In this document: piece by piece, positions 1-12,690 of the stretch
Layout of the letters: every line of letters begins with the position of its first letter
Position numbering within the stretch: the stretch's first letter is position 1
NCBI GenBank assembly: GCA_038087875.1
Contig: CM075988.1
Coordinates: 22,012,001 to 22,076,000, forward strand
Direction of reading: 5' to 3'
Length of the DNA: 64,000 bases
From: Malacoraja senta
Taxonomy: Eukaryota
The notes under the pieces: model-generated
What the model was told of the DNA's origin: nothing
Seen by the model: only the letters and a program-made list of their open reading frames with translations
Databases searched by the model: none
Translations under genes and position numbers: made by a program

Positions 1-969
1 TATCCCCTGACTCCGCTATTTTTAAGAGACCTATCTAGCTCTCCCTTGAAGACATTTGGACAGGTACATGGATAGGGAAGGTTTAGAGGGAAATGGACAA
101 ATTCAGGCAAATGGGATTAGCCTGGATGGGGAATGGACAAGTTGGGCCAAAGGGTTATGTTTGGTTGGGCAAAGCTGTGTTTTGGTGTAATTATGAATAA
201 TTAGTGTCAGGACATCTGAAATGTTCTGATTTAGAGGGATATGGGCCTCTGATACTTTGTGAGCACTTTAGTATAGGGCTTCCAACGACACCACAGTGTA
301 TTTGCAGGTGCAGAAGATCCACTTTAACATTGGCAATGGGCCATTGGGTAAATACACACCAGAGCACTGTTTTACCGAGGCAGCCCGAGACAGCAAATGT
401 TTACAAAACTATAAAAGACCTTTTTCCTGAAGGCAAGGTCACAGTGACGACAATCCTGCACTTGACACCGCCTCGTTCTTGCAGTACGTGACTGCAGTTT
501 ACTGTCTAAACAAAGGATTACAGCACCTTGAACATTTAGTCTCCATTAAGTTTGAATCTGAAATGAATACAACTCCGTCACAAGATACAAAAAGCTGGAG
601 CAACACTGCGGGACAGGCGGCATCTCTGGAGAGAAGGAATGGGCGACTTTCTGGTCGAGACCCTTCTTCAGACGTACAACGCTCAATACAGACAGCACCC
701 ATGGCCAGGATCGAACCCGGGTCTCTGGTGCTGTAAGGCAGCAACTCTAACGCTGCGCCACTGTTTTGATAACCAGCATCCCCAAGTGCCCACACTAGTG
801 TCACACTGGATCTCCCAGTACAAACTCTATGCAGCAGGCTTGCAGATGGTCCTTCCATAAATGAGGGTATTGTCCGCTTCACCTCTACCCCATTGAGGAC
901 ATTGGGATTTAGTCTATGGAATTGGAGCACTACAATGCTGAGAACCATATTCTGCACTCTGTGTCCTTA

Positions 970-1195
970 AGGGCCTGTCCCACTTGGGCGTCATTTGCGC
1001 GTAATTTACGCGACATGATTTCTGCGTCCCGACACACGACGTGCGCGTCGTGCCGCGCACGTGGTGCACGCATTGTGCGTGGTGATGCAGGCAGGGACGC
1101 GCGGTCGCACATGGCGCCCCAGGATTTTGGGATGTACAAAATCTTTGTGCGCCATCTGCGTGACGCGCAAATAACGCCCAAGTGAGACAGGCCCT
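970..1195. mobile_element. PIF/Harbinger-type MITE
   Basis: TIR AGGGCCTGTCCCACTTGGGCGT / ACGCCCAAGTGAGACAGGCCCT; TSD TTA/TTA. Confidence 0.85.
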
Positions 1196-1517
1196 TTACC
1201 CTTTGCTCTACCTAATGTACGTGAGTTTGACTTGATTGTATTTGTGTATAGTATTATCTGGTCTGTTTAGAGCTTTTCACTGCACCTCGGTACACGCGAT
1301 AATAATAAACCTAATATAAACATGAGTGCCTTTGTCTTCAAACCTCAAACTGTGCCGTGCCTGTCAGTGGCGAGGGAGGGAGCGTTCACGGGCGGATGTG
1401 TGAAGTGTCTGAATTGAGGCTATTGCGGACTGGGCCTCTGGAGGCCCTGCAGCAGCCTGGGACTCAATTAGATCGGCCGCCGCTCCAAGTGGCCTAGCAC
1501 GTGGATCGGACGCAGCT

Positions 1518-2111
1518 TGCAGAGGCTGAGGAGGAGGCTCAAGAAAGCCCACCTGTCCCCCCAGATCCTGACCAACTTCTACCGGTTTACCATCGAGAGC
1601 ATCCTGACCACCTGCTTCACGGTATGGTACAGCAGCTGCACTGTTGCGGACAGGAAGGCACTACAACGGGTGGTGAAAACCGCGCAGCACATCATCGGTG
1701 CCCCGCTCCCTGCCATGGATGCCCTCCACCGAAAACGGTGTCTGAAACGGGCTGGGAAGATCATTAAAGACCCCTCCCACCCCAACCATGGACTTTTTGC
1801 CCTCCTCCCATCAGGGAGGCGGTACAGGAGCCTCAGGTCTCGTACCAGTAGGATGAGGAACAGCTTCTACAATTATACCGTCGCATTGTTGAACTCGGAG
1901 TCCCGCCGACAGATTCCTCCGGTCCCACCGTCCCCATTGTTAATTATTCTGTATTTTTGATTATTCTGTATCCTCTTTTTTTTTAAATTTCTATATTGCG
2001 CTACTACTACGGACTGACGCAAAACTGCATTTCGTTGTACCCATATTCAGTATTTGTGCAATGACATTAAAGTTGAATTGAATTGAATTGAATTGAATTG
2101 AATTGAATTGA
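1518..2111 (+). mobile_element. Rex1/Babar-type LINE 3' end
   Basis: LRRLKK..FYRFTIESILT..WY..LLPSGRRYRS..TSRMRNSF; (AATTG)n tail. Confidence 0.9.
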
Positions 2112-3312
2112 AGGAGCGGCGGAGCAGCGGTGGAGGGACATCGACACATCACCTGGCCAGGACAACCGCTGCAACTCCAACCCAGTGCCACCACAGGACA
2201 ACCAGCCTTTATGGCCAAGTTTAACAATTCTGAACTTGAAGGGTAAAAGATGGCGCTGAAAACGAGGCGACGTTTGTGCACTACCTCAGTGTTATCTACT
2301 TTTTTAAACTCTTAAGTATGATTGTGCCTAATGTTTAGTTAGATTGTTACTGAACTGTATGCAAAAAAAGAATTTCACCGTGCCTCAGTTGTAAAGCAGA
2401 AACATTTAATAAGACATTTAGACAGGTACATGGATAGGAATGGTTTAGAGGGAAATGGGCCAAACGCAGGCAGGTAGGACTGGTGTAGATGGGGCACAAT
2501 GGTCGGCATGGGCAAGCTGGGCCGAAGGGCCTGTTTCTGTGCTATATGACTCAATGGACCCGATGATTCTATGACATTCTATGACAATAAAATACCAAGA
2601 GTGAAGAGTATCATGTGTCCCAGATAGAACAATGAAATTCTTACTTGCAGCAGCACAACAGAAACCTGTAATATTGCATGATAGGGCGTATGGATTAGCT
2701 AAACAATCACATTTACCACAGAACAAAAGCACCAAATTCTTCCTCTGGTGATTGTTCAGAATTTTCTCGACAATGTGACACATTGTTTAAAGAGGGAAAA
2801 CAAAACAATAACATAAAAATACCACCCACTTCTCGACTCGACCGCCCGCTGGCCCCCCCCCCCCCCACCTCTGGCCCGCGCGCCTGCTGCCCGCCCGAAC
2901 ACCACCAGGCCCAGTCCCGCGACGCCATTGCTGCCACGACGAACAGCACCAACACTCACCGCCTTCCTGGCAGATCTCAGGCCCGGACCACCGAAGATGC
3001 CGCCGCCGTCGACCTTCACCCCCTCCCCGTGGCCATTGCCGCCGCCCTTCACCGCCTCCCCGGGACCGCCGACCCTCGCTGCCCCCCCCCCACCGGCCAT
3101 CCCGTGACCGGCTCTTCCGACGCTTTGTCCGCTGACCTCCACGACTCCACTCCGCGCGGACCTCCGCCAGCGACTCTGCCGGCCCGAGCCACGCCACCGC
3201 CCACCAGCGGGACGCAGCCGTCGCCTTACCTGCGTCCCAGGATCAGCACCGGGCCCACAGTCTACACTTTGAAGACTCTCACACCACGGGGCCTGCCTGT
3301 GCTGGGTCCTAA

Positions 3313-3731
3313 AGGGCCTGTCCCACGAGCAGGCGACTGCATGCGGCAAGCGCGACCTAACGTGGTCGCTTGAGCCGTACGGCCTCGCGGGGCCGGTCCA
3401 ACTTCGATGGCCGGAGCCGTATGGAGTTGTGCGGAGCTGGTCCCGACATCGAGCGGGGCTCCGAAATACTGACACTGTTCAAAAATTCCCGCGCGGCAAC
3501 GGCCTGCCGGCCCGCAGCCGCCTCGATGCCGTACGCACCGCCTCGACGGGCGTGCGCAGCGTCTCAACGCCATACGCAGCGTCTTGACGCCGTACGCAGC
3601 ATCTCGACGCCGTACGTCACGCGCGAACTTCCCGCGGACTTCGCTCGAACTTCACGTCACTCCACGCGGCCCCCGCTTCCGGTTTGGTCGCGCTTGCCGC
3701 ATGCAGGTCGCATGCTCGTGGGACAGGCCCT
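3313..3731. mobile_element. PIF/Harbinger-type MITE
   Basis: TIR AGGGCCTGTCCCACGAGCA; TSD TAA/TAA; CpG-rich interior. Confidence 0.85.
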
Positions 3732-4032
3732 TAATGCTCTCCTCCCTCCTCTACAGGGAACCTTAGTGGGGGTTCCACTGGATCTCGCCATTCCCCTTCT
3801 AGCCAGGTAGCCCCAGCAACTCTCCCACCTACACTATAGGGGGGGGGGGTTGCACGTAAGGTCATCGGGTCAAAGGATGTGACGCACGGAGCAGCTCAAT
3901 CCTTCTGGAGGACATGGCAGCCTCTGGCATACACTGTTAACACACTAAATGCCTACTTACCTGTTAAAAACCGCCGAAATGGTCCATTTTAGCGCTGTAA
4001 ATAATTGTGGAGGGTGACTGAGCGCTCTGAAC

Positions 4033-4052
4033 CAAATGCTCTAGTATCTTTG
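4033..4052. mobile_element. 20-bp remnant of the same micro-element family
   Basis: CAAA-TG-CTCTAGTATCTTTG with perfect 8-bp TSD ctctgaac. Confidence 0.65.
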
Positions 4053-4326
4053 CTCTGAACCCGAGCACCAAGGTGTAATCGGCCAAAGGAGCGCATCCCT
4101 CGGGACAGCCCCCACTCTCCCCCCCCCCCCCCCATGGCTGCCCTCCACCCACCCTCCCCCTGTCGCATTGTCACGGGCTGTGGGTCGGCAGCGCCCACAC
4201 ACAGGGCCGGGTGGAGCGGGACCGCGGCTCCGGGCTGCGGGCACACGGGGACGAAAACCCGGCAACGTCCCCGTCAGCTGCAGCAGAGTTGGGGACAGAC
4301 TGGTTCCTCCGCCCACCCAGAGTTAC

Positions 4327-4503
4327 CAACAAGGGAGGTGCCGTGGTGGTCTGGCCCGCTGACCTCTACTGGGCTGAGGCCAGGCGACAACTCTCAGACA
4401 CCTCCTCCTACTTATCCTTAGACCATGACCCCCACAGACGAGCACCAGGCCTTAATATCAAGCATCATCACTGACTTCATCACTTCTGGCTCCCTGCCTT
4501 CTA
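4327..4503 (+). mobile_element. Penelope-like element RT fragment
   Basis: NKGGAVVVWPADLYWAEARRQLSDTSSYLSLDHDP resembles the DKG-motif region of Penelope RTs; frameshifted. Confidence 0.75.
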
Positions 4504-4663
4504 AAGTGCTGGAGGAACTCAGTCGGTCAGGCAGCACCTGTGGAGGGAATGGGCAGACGGGTTTTGGGTTGGGACCCTTCCTCTGACTGATGGAGTAAGG
4601 GGGAGAAAGTTGGAAAAGAGAGGTGGATGTGGAGCAATTTGCAACCTTAGCGTGACCAAGATG

Positions 4664-4936
4664 TGCGGCACGGTGGCGCAGCGATAGTTGCTGCCTCACA
4701 GCACCAGAGCCCCGTGTTCCATGCTGACTACGGGTGCTGCCTGTACGGAGTTTGTGCGTTCGCCAGTTTCTTCCCCCACACCAAAGACGTGCGGGTTTGT
4801 AAGTTGATTGGATTCTGTAAATTGTTCCTGGTGTGTGTAGGATAGCACTAGTGTCCGGGGCGATCGCTGGTTGGCTCGGACTCGGTGGGCCGAAGGGACA
4901 GTTCCCATGCTGTATCTCTAATGTCTAAAGTCTAAA
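4664..4936 (+). mobile_element. tRNA-derived V-SINE (HE1-like)
   Basis: A/B-box head, central TTC..CCCACAC.CCAAAGAC core, CR1-type 3' tail. Confidence 0.8.
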
Positions 4937-4981
4937 GAGTGGATACATCCCAAACAGCCTTTGGGGATATTAATGCTCAAA

Positions 4982-5186
4982 TAAGGTAGACACAAAATGC
5001 TGGAGTAACTCAGCGGGACAGGCAGCATCTCTGGAGAGAAGGAATGGGTGACGTTTCGGGTCGAGACCCCAAGGGTCTCGACCGGAAACGTCACCCATTC
5101 CAGAGATGCTGCCTGACCCGCTGAGTTACTCCAGCATTTTGTGTCTGCCTTCGATTTAAACCAGCATCTACAGTTCTTTCCTACAC
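4982..5186. mobile_element. Fold-back Penelope-derived element
   Basis: Inverted copies of the terminal repeat. TSD ttaatgctcaaa at 4970-4981 and 5927-5938, split by an L1 insertion. Confidence 0.8.
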
Positions 5187-5188
5187 TT

Positions 5189-5915
5189 TTTTTTTTTTTA
5201 AATATTTTTAATTTATTAGAAGTAAGTACAATTGTATACAATCATATTTTCATAATACCTTTTATGTACAGCTTCTTATTTAAAAAAAATTTTGTAATAA
5301 AGAAGAAAAAGAAAAAAGTTAGATAATGAAAAATAGAAAAATGTGAGATATATAGTGTGTGAAAAAGAAAAATAAAGAATGAAAAAAGAAAGTTGAGACA
5401 TAGAAAATAGAAGAAAGAGAATAAAAGAAGAGAAGAGAAGAAAAGAAAATAGAAGTAAGGAGATCATTTATAATCTTGACCATCCGCAGTCACGGATTAG
5501 CTTTTACACCTGTTTTGCACCATACGTTTCCAAAAAGACGACAAATGGAGACCAACTCGTTATGAATTGGTCAAATTTATCTATTAGGAGGAATCGCATT
5601 TCCTCAAGATGTGCGGTATCCAACATACTTGCAATCCACATTTTGAGCGTTGGTATTGGTGTATTTTTCCAAAATTTCAATATTCATTTTTTTGCTATTA
5701 TTAAACCATAATTAAAAATTGACTTTTGAGATGAGCTCAATTTGTACCCGTCTTCCATTACCCCAAATATAATCAATTCATTATTGGGTTCCATTTTTGT
5801 CTTAAATAGTTTTGTAAATATTTTGAAAATATCACTCCAAAATCCATGAAGTTTTATACAAGAAACAAAAGAGTGTGTTATAGTTGCGTCTTGGGTTAAA
5901 CATTTATCGCAAAAA
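5189..5915 (-). mobile_element. L1-clade LINE 3' end
   Basis: Minus strand encodes an ORF2 C-terminus (DKCLTQDATITHSFVSC..FW); poly(A) tail; TSD ctttcctacactt. Confidence 0.85.
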
Positions 5916-6599
5916 CTTTCCTACACTTAATGCTCAAACAGACTGTTGCTGGATTTAAAGCATTTCATCAACACATCAAAATACTGATAATCCTTTCATT
6001 TTCCATTCCAGGCATAAAGATGATCAATTGCACAACACAATGATATTTCCTGAATGACGCTACATTTGATGATTCATTACAACAAATAACAAAATGAAAC
6101 TGACGCTATCCAAAGGAAGGAAATTGGCCAAAAAAAATCTATTGCATGTTGAAACCCAATACAATTTTGTAACAGGGGGTGTAACTTAATGAAAGGTCAT
6201 TGATTGAAGTTGATTTAAAATGAAAGATAGAGAATGACAGTAGGGAATAAAATAGCACAGGCCAAATGCTTGCACACTCAAAACAAGGTCGTACAATTGA
6301 ATACCAACACTCCTTTTCCCCCCAAAATACACTTTATTCAGAATAAAAGTTGAAACAAAGCAAAAGCTATGCAAAAACTCTACAGACATTCTCAGCTAAT
6401 ACACATTCATTAGTAGGCACAGAATGCTGGAGGAACTCAACGGGACAGGCAGCATCTTTGGAGAGAAGGAATGGGTGACGTTTCGTGTCGAGACCCTTCT
6501 TCAATCTTCGGTTTAAATCAACATCTGCAGTTCCTTCCTACACATTCATTCGTGTTAGGCTCAGTAGTGTTCACACCTACCTTCAAACAAAACACTCTT

Positions 6600-7110
6600 C
6601 CCACTCATGTGGGCCCCTGGGGTGATATCCCTTCCCTTGTTTGAGGAGCGTCTCCACTGGACTCTGCCCCTCAATGTCCAGCAGCGGAAGGACCCTGGAC
6701 TGTAGCCCTCCACCACAGAGCCTTGGCGTTGGCTGCAACGAGCTTCAGTGCGTCCCTCCGCACGTACTCCTGCACAGTCTGGAGCGGGCAGGTCGGGAAC
6801 ATTCCTTGACGGACATCTTGCCCTGCCGGGTGGTTAACAAGTTTCGGGCCAACCAAAGAGCGTCTCTCACCGAGTTGATGACCTTGCAGCATCACTTGAT
6901 GTCCGTCTCTGGTTGTGTCCCCGGGAACAGTCCGTAAATCAGAGAATCCTCTGTGACGGAGCTGATCAGGATGAACCATGAGGAGGACCCTTGCATCATT
7001 CTCCAGATCCTCTTCACAAATCCACACACAGCAAAGAGGTGGGCAACCGTCTCCTCTCTGCAGCATCCTTCACCCGAGGGCATTTCACCAGACATACGGG
7101 GCAGTTTGCT
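6600..7110 (-). mobile_element. Decayed Tx1-clade LINE fragment
   Basis: EETVAHLFAVC..IW, SVTEDSLIYGLFPG and RLQEYVRRDALKL motifs across frames. Confidence 0.75.
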
Positions 7111-7307
7111 TAGGGAACCACAGCACAGGATCCATCGAGTCCTTGGTCCTACAGTGCCTGCAGGATGTTCTGTGCTGACAGCTGTTCAATGGGCTTGTGG
7201 TCAAAGGGGCTGGTCTGGTAGAACCTTTCCACAAAGGATGCGGCAATGTCCAGCTGACTGGCACACTGTGTGGCATCAGTGCCAATGACATTGTGGGGCT
7301 GAGAAGC

Positions 7308-7968
7308 AATAGACAATAGGCGCAGGAGTAGGCCATTTGGCCCTTCAATGTGATCATGGCTGATCATCCCCAATCAGTACCCCGTTCCTGCCTTCTCCCC
7401 ATATCCCCTGACTCCGCTATTTTTAAGAACCCTATCCAGCTCTCTCTTGAAAGCATCCAGAGAACCTGCCTCCACCGCCCTACGCGGCAGAGAATTCCAC
7501 AGACTCATCACTCTCTGTGAGGAAAAAGTGTTTCCTCGTCTCTGTTCTAAATGGCTTACTCCTTATTCTTAAACTCTGGCCCCTGGTTCTGGACTCCCTC
7601 AACATTGGGAACATGTTTCCTGCCTCTAGTGTGTTCAAGCCCTTATCAATCTTATATGTTTCAATGAGATCTCCTCTCATCCTTCTAAACTCCAGAGTGT
7701 ACAAGCCCAGCTGCTCCATTCTCTCAGCATATGACAGTCCCGCCATCCCGGGAATTAACCTTGTAAACCTACGCTGCACTCCCTCAATAGCAAGAATGTC
7801 CTTCCTCAAGTTAGGGGACCAAAACTGCACACAATACTCCAGGTGTGGTCTCACTAGGGCTCTGTACAACTGCAGAAGGACCTCTTTGCTCCAATATTCG
7901 ATTCCTCTTGTTATAAAGGCCAACATGCCATTCGCTTTCTTCACTGCCTGCTGTACCTGCATGCTTTC
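7308..7968 (-). mobile_element. CR1 LINE 3' fragment
   Basis: LYRALVRPHLEYCVQFWSP ORF2 C-terminus plus 3' UTR hairpin and tail. Confidence 0.92.
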
Positions 7969-9574
7969 ATGCTGCACAGAGACAGGAGATCATTTGCAGC
8001 AGAGTTTATCCTTCAAAGAACATCTCAGTTATGATGGAACTTCAGACAGGAACAGTTGCGAACAGAGAGCTGTTTCTTCCAATGGTGCTTTTGCACTAAT
8101 TTCTTCCCTTCATTCTTTTTTTCAGTGTTTTTCTTTTTGTTGTACTAAATAGTTGATGTCTAATTTATATATGATTTTGTGCATGATTTATATGATTTAT
8201 ACGTAATTATGCATGATTTACACACAAATTATGTTTTTGTGTGTTGCCTGAGTCTAGGTGCTACAAACAAAATTTTCATTTTGACTGTACGTCATTGTAA
8301 AAAAAAACCACACAAAGTGCTGAAGCAACTCAGCGGGTCAGGCAGCTTCTCTGGAGAACATTGATATGCAATGTTTTGGGCGGAGACATTTTGTCAGACT
8401 GATTGTAATAGATATTTTTAAGGCAGAGATAAATGGATTCTTGATTAGTACGGGTGTCAGAGGTTATGGGGAGAAGGCAGGAGAATGGGGTTAGGAGGGA
8501 GCGATGAATGGTAGAGTAGACTTGATGGGCCAAATGGCCTAATTCTACTTCCATCACATGACCTTATGGCAAATAGTTGTGGGGGGGGGGGGGAGAGAGA
8601 AAGCTGGAAGAGAGGAGGGGCGGGAAAATGCCAGGCAAGTGATAGGTGGATAGGGGTGACGAGTGTTTTTGAAGTCTGGATAAAGGCTCAGAGATGATAA
8701 GGTGTGAGAAAGGTGTGAAAGAGTGTGAGATACGGAGATAAGGATAGAAGAGGAATGAATTGTGAAGCCAGAGGATGAAATATAGGGGGGGGGAGGAGGG
8801 GAGAGGGAAAGGGAGAAATGGGTGTTCATTCAGCCGTACATCTGCTTCCGATGATAAATACTTGACTTGATCTGGTCTAACATCAGAAGACAGAGATTCC
8901 AGCATCTGCAGTCGCTCGTGTTGACACAAATTTCCAAATGATTGGCCGTTTGACCATCAGGTCTGCTGCAAGGGTGTGGTGTCTGAAGAAGAGTCCTGAT
9001 CCGAAACGTCGCCTATCCATGTACTCCAGAGATGCTGCCTGTCTGAGTGCTGAGTTACTCCAGCACGTTGTGCCTTTTTGTTGTTGTTGTAACCCCAGCA
9101 TCTGCAGTTCCTAGTGTCTACGTGCAGGGTTGTGATACTGGCACCTAATCATGTGCTCAATGCAGTATTTGTCTACATATCTCATGTAGCATTTAGTTTA
9201 GTTTATTGTCGCGCGTACCGACGTCCAGTGAAAAGCTTTTGTTGTGTGTTAAGCGGAAAGACTGTAAATAGACACAAAATAATAACATCCTCGTTAGACA
9301 CAAAATGTTAGAGTAACTCAGCGGGACAGGCAGCGTCTCCGGAGAGAAGGAATGGGTGACGTTTCAGGTGGAGACCCTTCTTCAGACCTAAAAGACTGTA
9401 CATGATTGCAGTCGAGCCATCCACAGTGCACAGATACAGGATAAAGGGAATAACGTTTAGTGCAAGTCATGAGAATAACGTTTAGGTCTGTTCATCTTTG
9501 CATATGTGCACAGTTTATGAAGTGCATTTAATGACCCCACATGAATCTTTTGAAGCCATTGACATTTTCATCTT

Positions 9575-9766
9575 AGGTACACAAAAATGCTGGAGAAACT
9601 CAGCGGGTGCAGCAGCATCTATGGAGCGAAGGAAATAGGCAACGTTTCGGGCCGAAACCCTTGGGTTGCCTATTTCCTTCGCTCCATAGATGCTGCTGCA
9701 CCCGCTGAGTTTCTCCAGCATTTTTGTGTACCTTCGATTTTCCAGCAATCTGCAGTTCCTTCTTAT
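9575..9766. mobile_element. Fold-back Penelope-derived element
   Basis: Palindrome with 13-bp TSD acattttcatctt (9562-9574, 9767-9779). Confidence 0.8.
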
Positions 9767-10611
9767 ACATTTTCATCTTGTTGGAATTTAAAATAGTGCC
9801 TCGATTTAATTGTTGAAAATATACGCATATTCTTCAAACACTCCTGTTTCCTAATAATTTCCAGATAGGGCATGCTCTATCACTTTATAGATTCATAAAA
9901 GACCAGAGCACAACTCACTGGAAGGCCATTCAACCCTTTGAGTCTGTTCGATAACAGAGGAAAGCACAATGAGGTCCATTGCACTCTTTCCCCATGGCAC
10001 CATACTATTTTAGACACAAAAAGCTGGAATAACTCAGCGGGTCAGGCAGCATCTCTGGGGAAACGGAATAGGCGACGTTTCGGGTCGAGACCCTTCGTCG
10101 GACTGATTCTCAGTCACTCCAGCTTTTTGTGTCTATCTTCGGTTTAAACCAGCATCTGCAGTTCCTTCCAACCCCAGGTTAATGTTCTCTTTTATTTATT
10201 TAAGTAGCTCTCTTTAAAATGATTCAGAGAAATGAATATCCGCTTATGAAGAAAGATAATTCAAACCTTTCAAATCTGAGGAAACATTTCTCGAATTGCG
10301 ACTGAGCAATATTCCATTATCGTTTCCGACTCCTAGTCGGGATCCCCGGATATTAGAACCTTTCTTTTTTTCATCAAAATAAGCTTCAGGAAGGAGAAGC
10401 GATGAAGGAAGGAAGGAGGACAAATATGCGTGATCAAAGCAGAAGTACATACCTTTCTACATGACAGAAAGTGCCAAGAATTAAACCAGTTTTAAACAAG
10501 TATGTATAGATGTTTCTCAGACTCAATAACTAAAACAAAATGACAAGATAAGTTAAATTCCCTGCATTCATGCAATGGAAATAATAACTGAGTCTCTCTC
10601 TGTTAGCTTCC

Positions 10612-12096
10612 TATACATAGATACATAGATACATAGAAAATAGGTGCAGGAGTAGGCCATTCGGCCCTTTGAGCCTGCACCGCCATTCAATATGATCATG
10701 GCTGATCATCCAACTCAGTATCCCGTACCTGCCTTCTCTCCATACCCCCTGATCCCTTTAGCCACAAGGGCCACATCTAACTCCCTCTTAAATATAGCCA
10801 ATGAACTGGCCTCAACTACCCTCTGTGGCAGAGAGTTCCAGAGATTCACCACTCTCTGTGTGAAAAAGTTTTTCCTCATCTCGGTCTTAAAGGATTTCCC
10901 CCTTATCCTTAAGCTGTGACCCCTTGTCCTGGACTTCCCCAACATCGGGAACAATCTTCCTGCATCTAGCCTGTCCAACCCCATAAGAATTTTGTACATT
11001 TCTATAAGATCCCCTCTCAATCTCCTAAATTCTAGCGAGTATAAGCCAAGTCTATCCAGTCTTTCTTCATATGAAAGTCCTGACATCCCAGGAATCAGTC
11101 TGGTGAACCTTCTCTGCACTCCCTCTATGGCTATAATGTCCTTCCTCAGATTTGGAGACCAAAACTGTACGCAATACTCCAGGTGTGGTCTCACCAAGAC
11201 CCTGTACAACTGCAGTAGAACCTCCCTGCTCCTATACTCAAATCCTTTTGCTATGAAAGCTAACATACCATTTGCTTTCTTCACTGCCTGCTGCACCTGC
11301 ATGCCTACTTTCAATGACTGGTGTACCATGACACCCTGGTCTCGCTGCATCTCCCCATTTCCTAATCGGCCACCATTTAGATAATAGTCTGCTTTCCTGT
11401 TTTTACCACCAAAGTGGATAACCTCACATTTATCCACATTATACTGCATCTGCCAAACATTTGCCCACTCACCCAGCCTATCCAAGTCACCTTGCAGTCT
11501 CCTAGCATCCTCCTCACAGCTAACACTGCCCCCCAGCTTAGTGTCATCCGCAAACTTGGAGATGTTGCCTTCAATTCCCTCATCCAGTTCATTAATATAA
11601 ATTGTAAATAGCTGGGGTCCCAGCACTGAGCCTTGCGGTGCCCCACTAGTCACTGCCTGCTATTGTGAAAAGGACCCGTTTACTCCTACTCTTTGCTTCC
11701 TGTTTGCCAGCCAGTTCTCTATCCACATCAATACTGAACCCCCAATACCGTGTGCTTTAAGTTTGTATCCTAATCTCTTATGTGGTACCTTGTCGAAAGC
11801 CTTCTGAAAGTCCAGATACAACACATCCACTGGTTCTCCCCTATCCACTCTACTAGTTACGTCCTCGAAAAATTCTATAAGATTCGTCAGACATGAGTTA
11901 CCTTTCGTAAATCCATGCTGACTTTGTCCAATGATTTCACCACTTTCCAAATGTGCTGCTATCCCATCTTTAATAACTGACTCAAGAAGTTTCCCCACTA
12001 CCGATGTTAGACTAACTGGTCTGTAATTCCCCGTTTTCTCTCTCCCTCCCTTCTTAAAAAGTGGGGTTACGTTTGCTACCCTCCAATCCTCAGGAA
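10612..12096 (-). mobile_element. CR1 LINE (HER1-like), RT domain to 3' tail
   Basis: YLDFQKAFDKV, PQGSVLGP and KFADDTK motifs. One in-frame TAG at 11660-11662 splits the ORF. (TCTATGTA)n tail. Confidence 0.95.
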
Positions 12097-12147
12097 TCCT
12101 ACGACCTCCTACGACTATGCTTGCTGTCTCAGCACTTTAATCACTAA

Positions 12148-12690
12148 AGGGCCTGTCCCACTTGGACGACCTAATCCACGAGTTTAGAAGACCCTAGACG
12201 AGTTGAAAAAAAGGTCAAGATCGTGTTGACTCGCCGAAGTAAAAGACCTCCTACGACCTCCTACGACTATGTCTACAACTTCTTACGACTATGTCTACGA
12301 CCTCCTACGACCCCCCTCGACCTCAGTCTTCCACATCTAAGACCAACTACGACTAGCTACGTGTGGAAAATGATCACATGATTAAATTATGTCATGTCTG
12401 CATTTATTGTCTCGGGCCAGTTACCGACCTACGACTACCATCACAACCTACGAGTAGAAAGTGTCCATTTTGTCCATGCCGACCTTTTTTTAAAACTCGT
12501 GGACAGTCTTTATCAGGCTGGAAAAAACGCCGCGACCTACTTGAGGCCACGAGTTTGCGGAGACCACTCATGAGCATAAGGAAGAGTTACGAAGACCTCC
12601 TACGACCTCGTGGTGACCACGCTGCGAGTATGAGTCGAGGGCAAACTCGGCAGAGGTCACCAATTAGGTCGTGAAAGTGGGACAGGGGCT
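12148..12690. mobile_element. PIF/Harbinger-type MITE with internal CTACGAC repeats
   Basis: TIRs with CTGTCCCACTT core; flanks TAA/TGA. Confidence 0.8.

Noticed and set aside
2756..3810. Overlapping 100-240 aa GC-rich ORFs
   Set aside because: They run through a GC-rich repeat and a palindromic MITE; no recognisable domain.
7517..8152. 211-aa plus-strand ORF
   Set aside because: It is the antisense frame of a CR1 ORF2 fragment.
10445..10475. 4-nt microexon (tag|AAAG|gtatgt) on the minus strand
   Set aside because: No flanking exons of a host gene were found, so a chance match is likely.
12240..12620. CRISPR-like or coding interpretation of the CTACGAC repeats
   Set aside because: Short degenerate internal repeats of a MITE without unique spacers, in a eukaryotic context.
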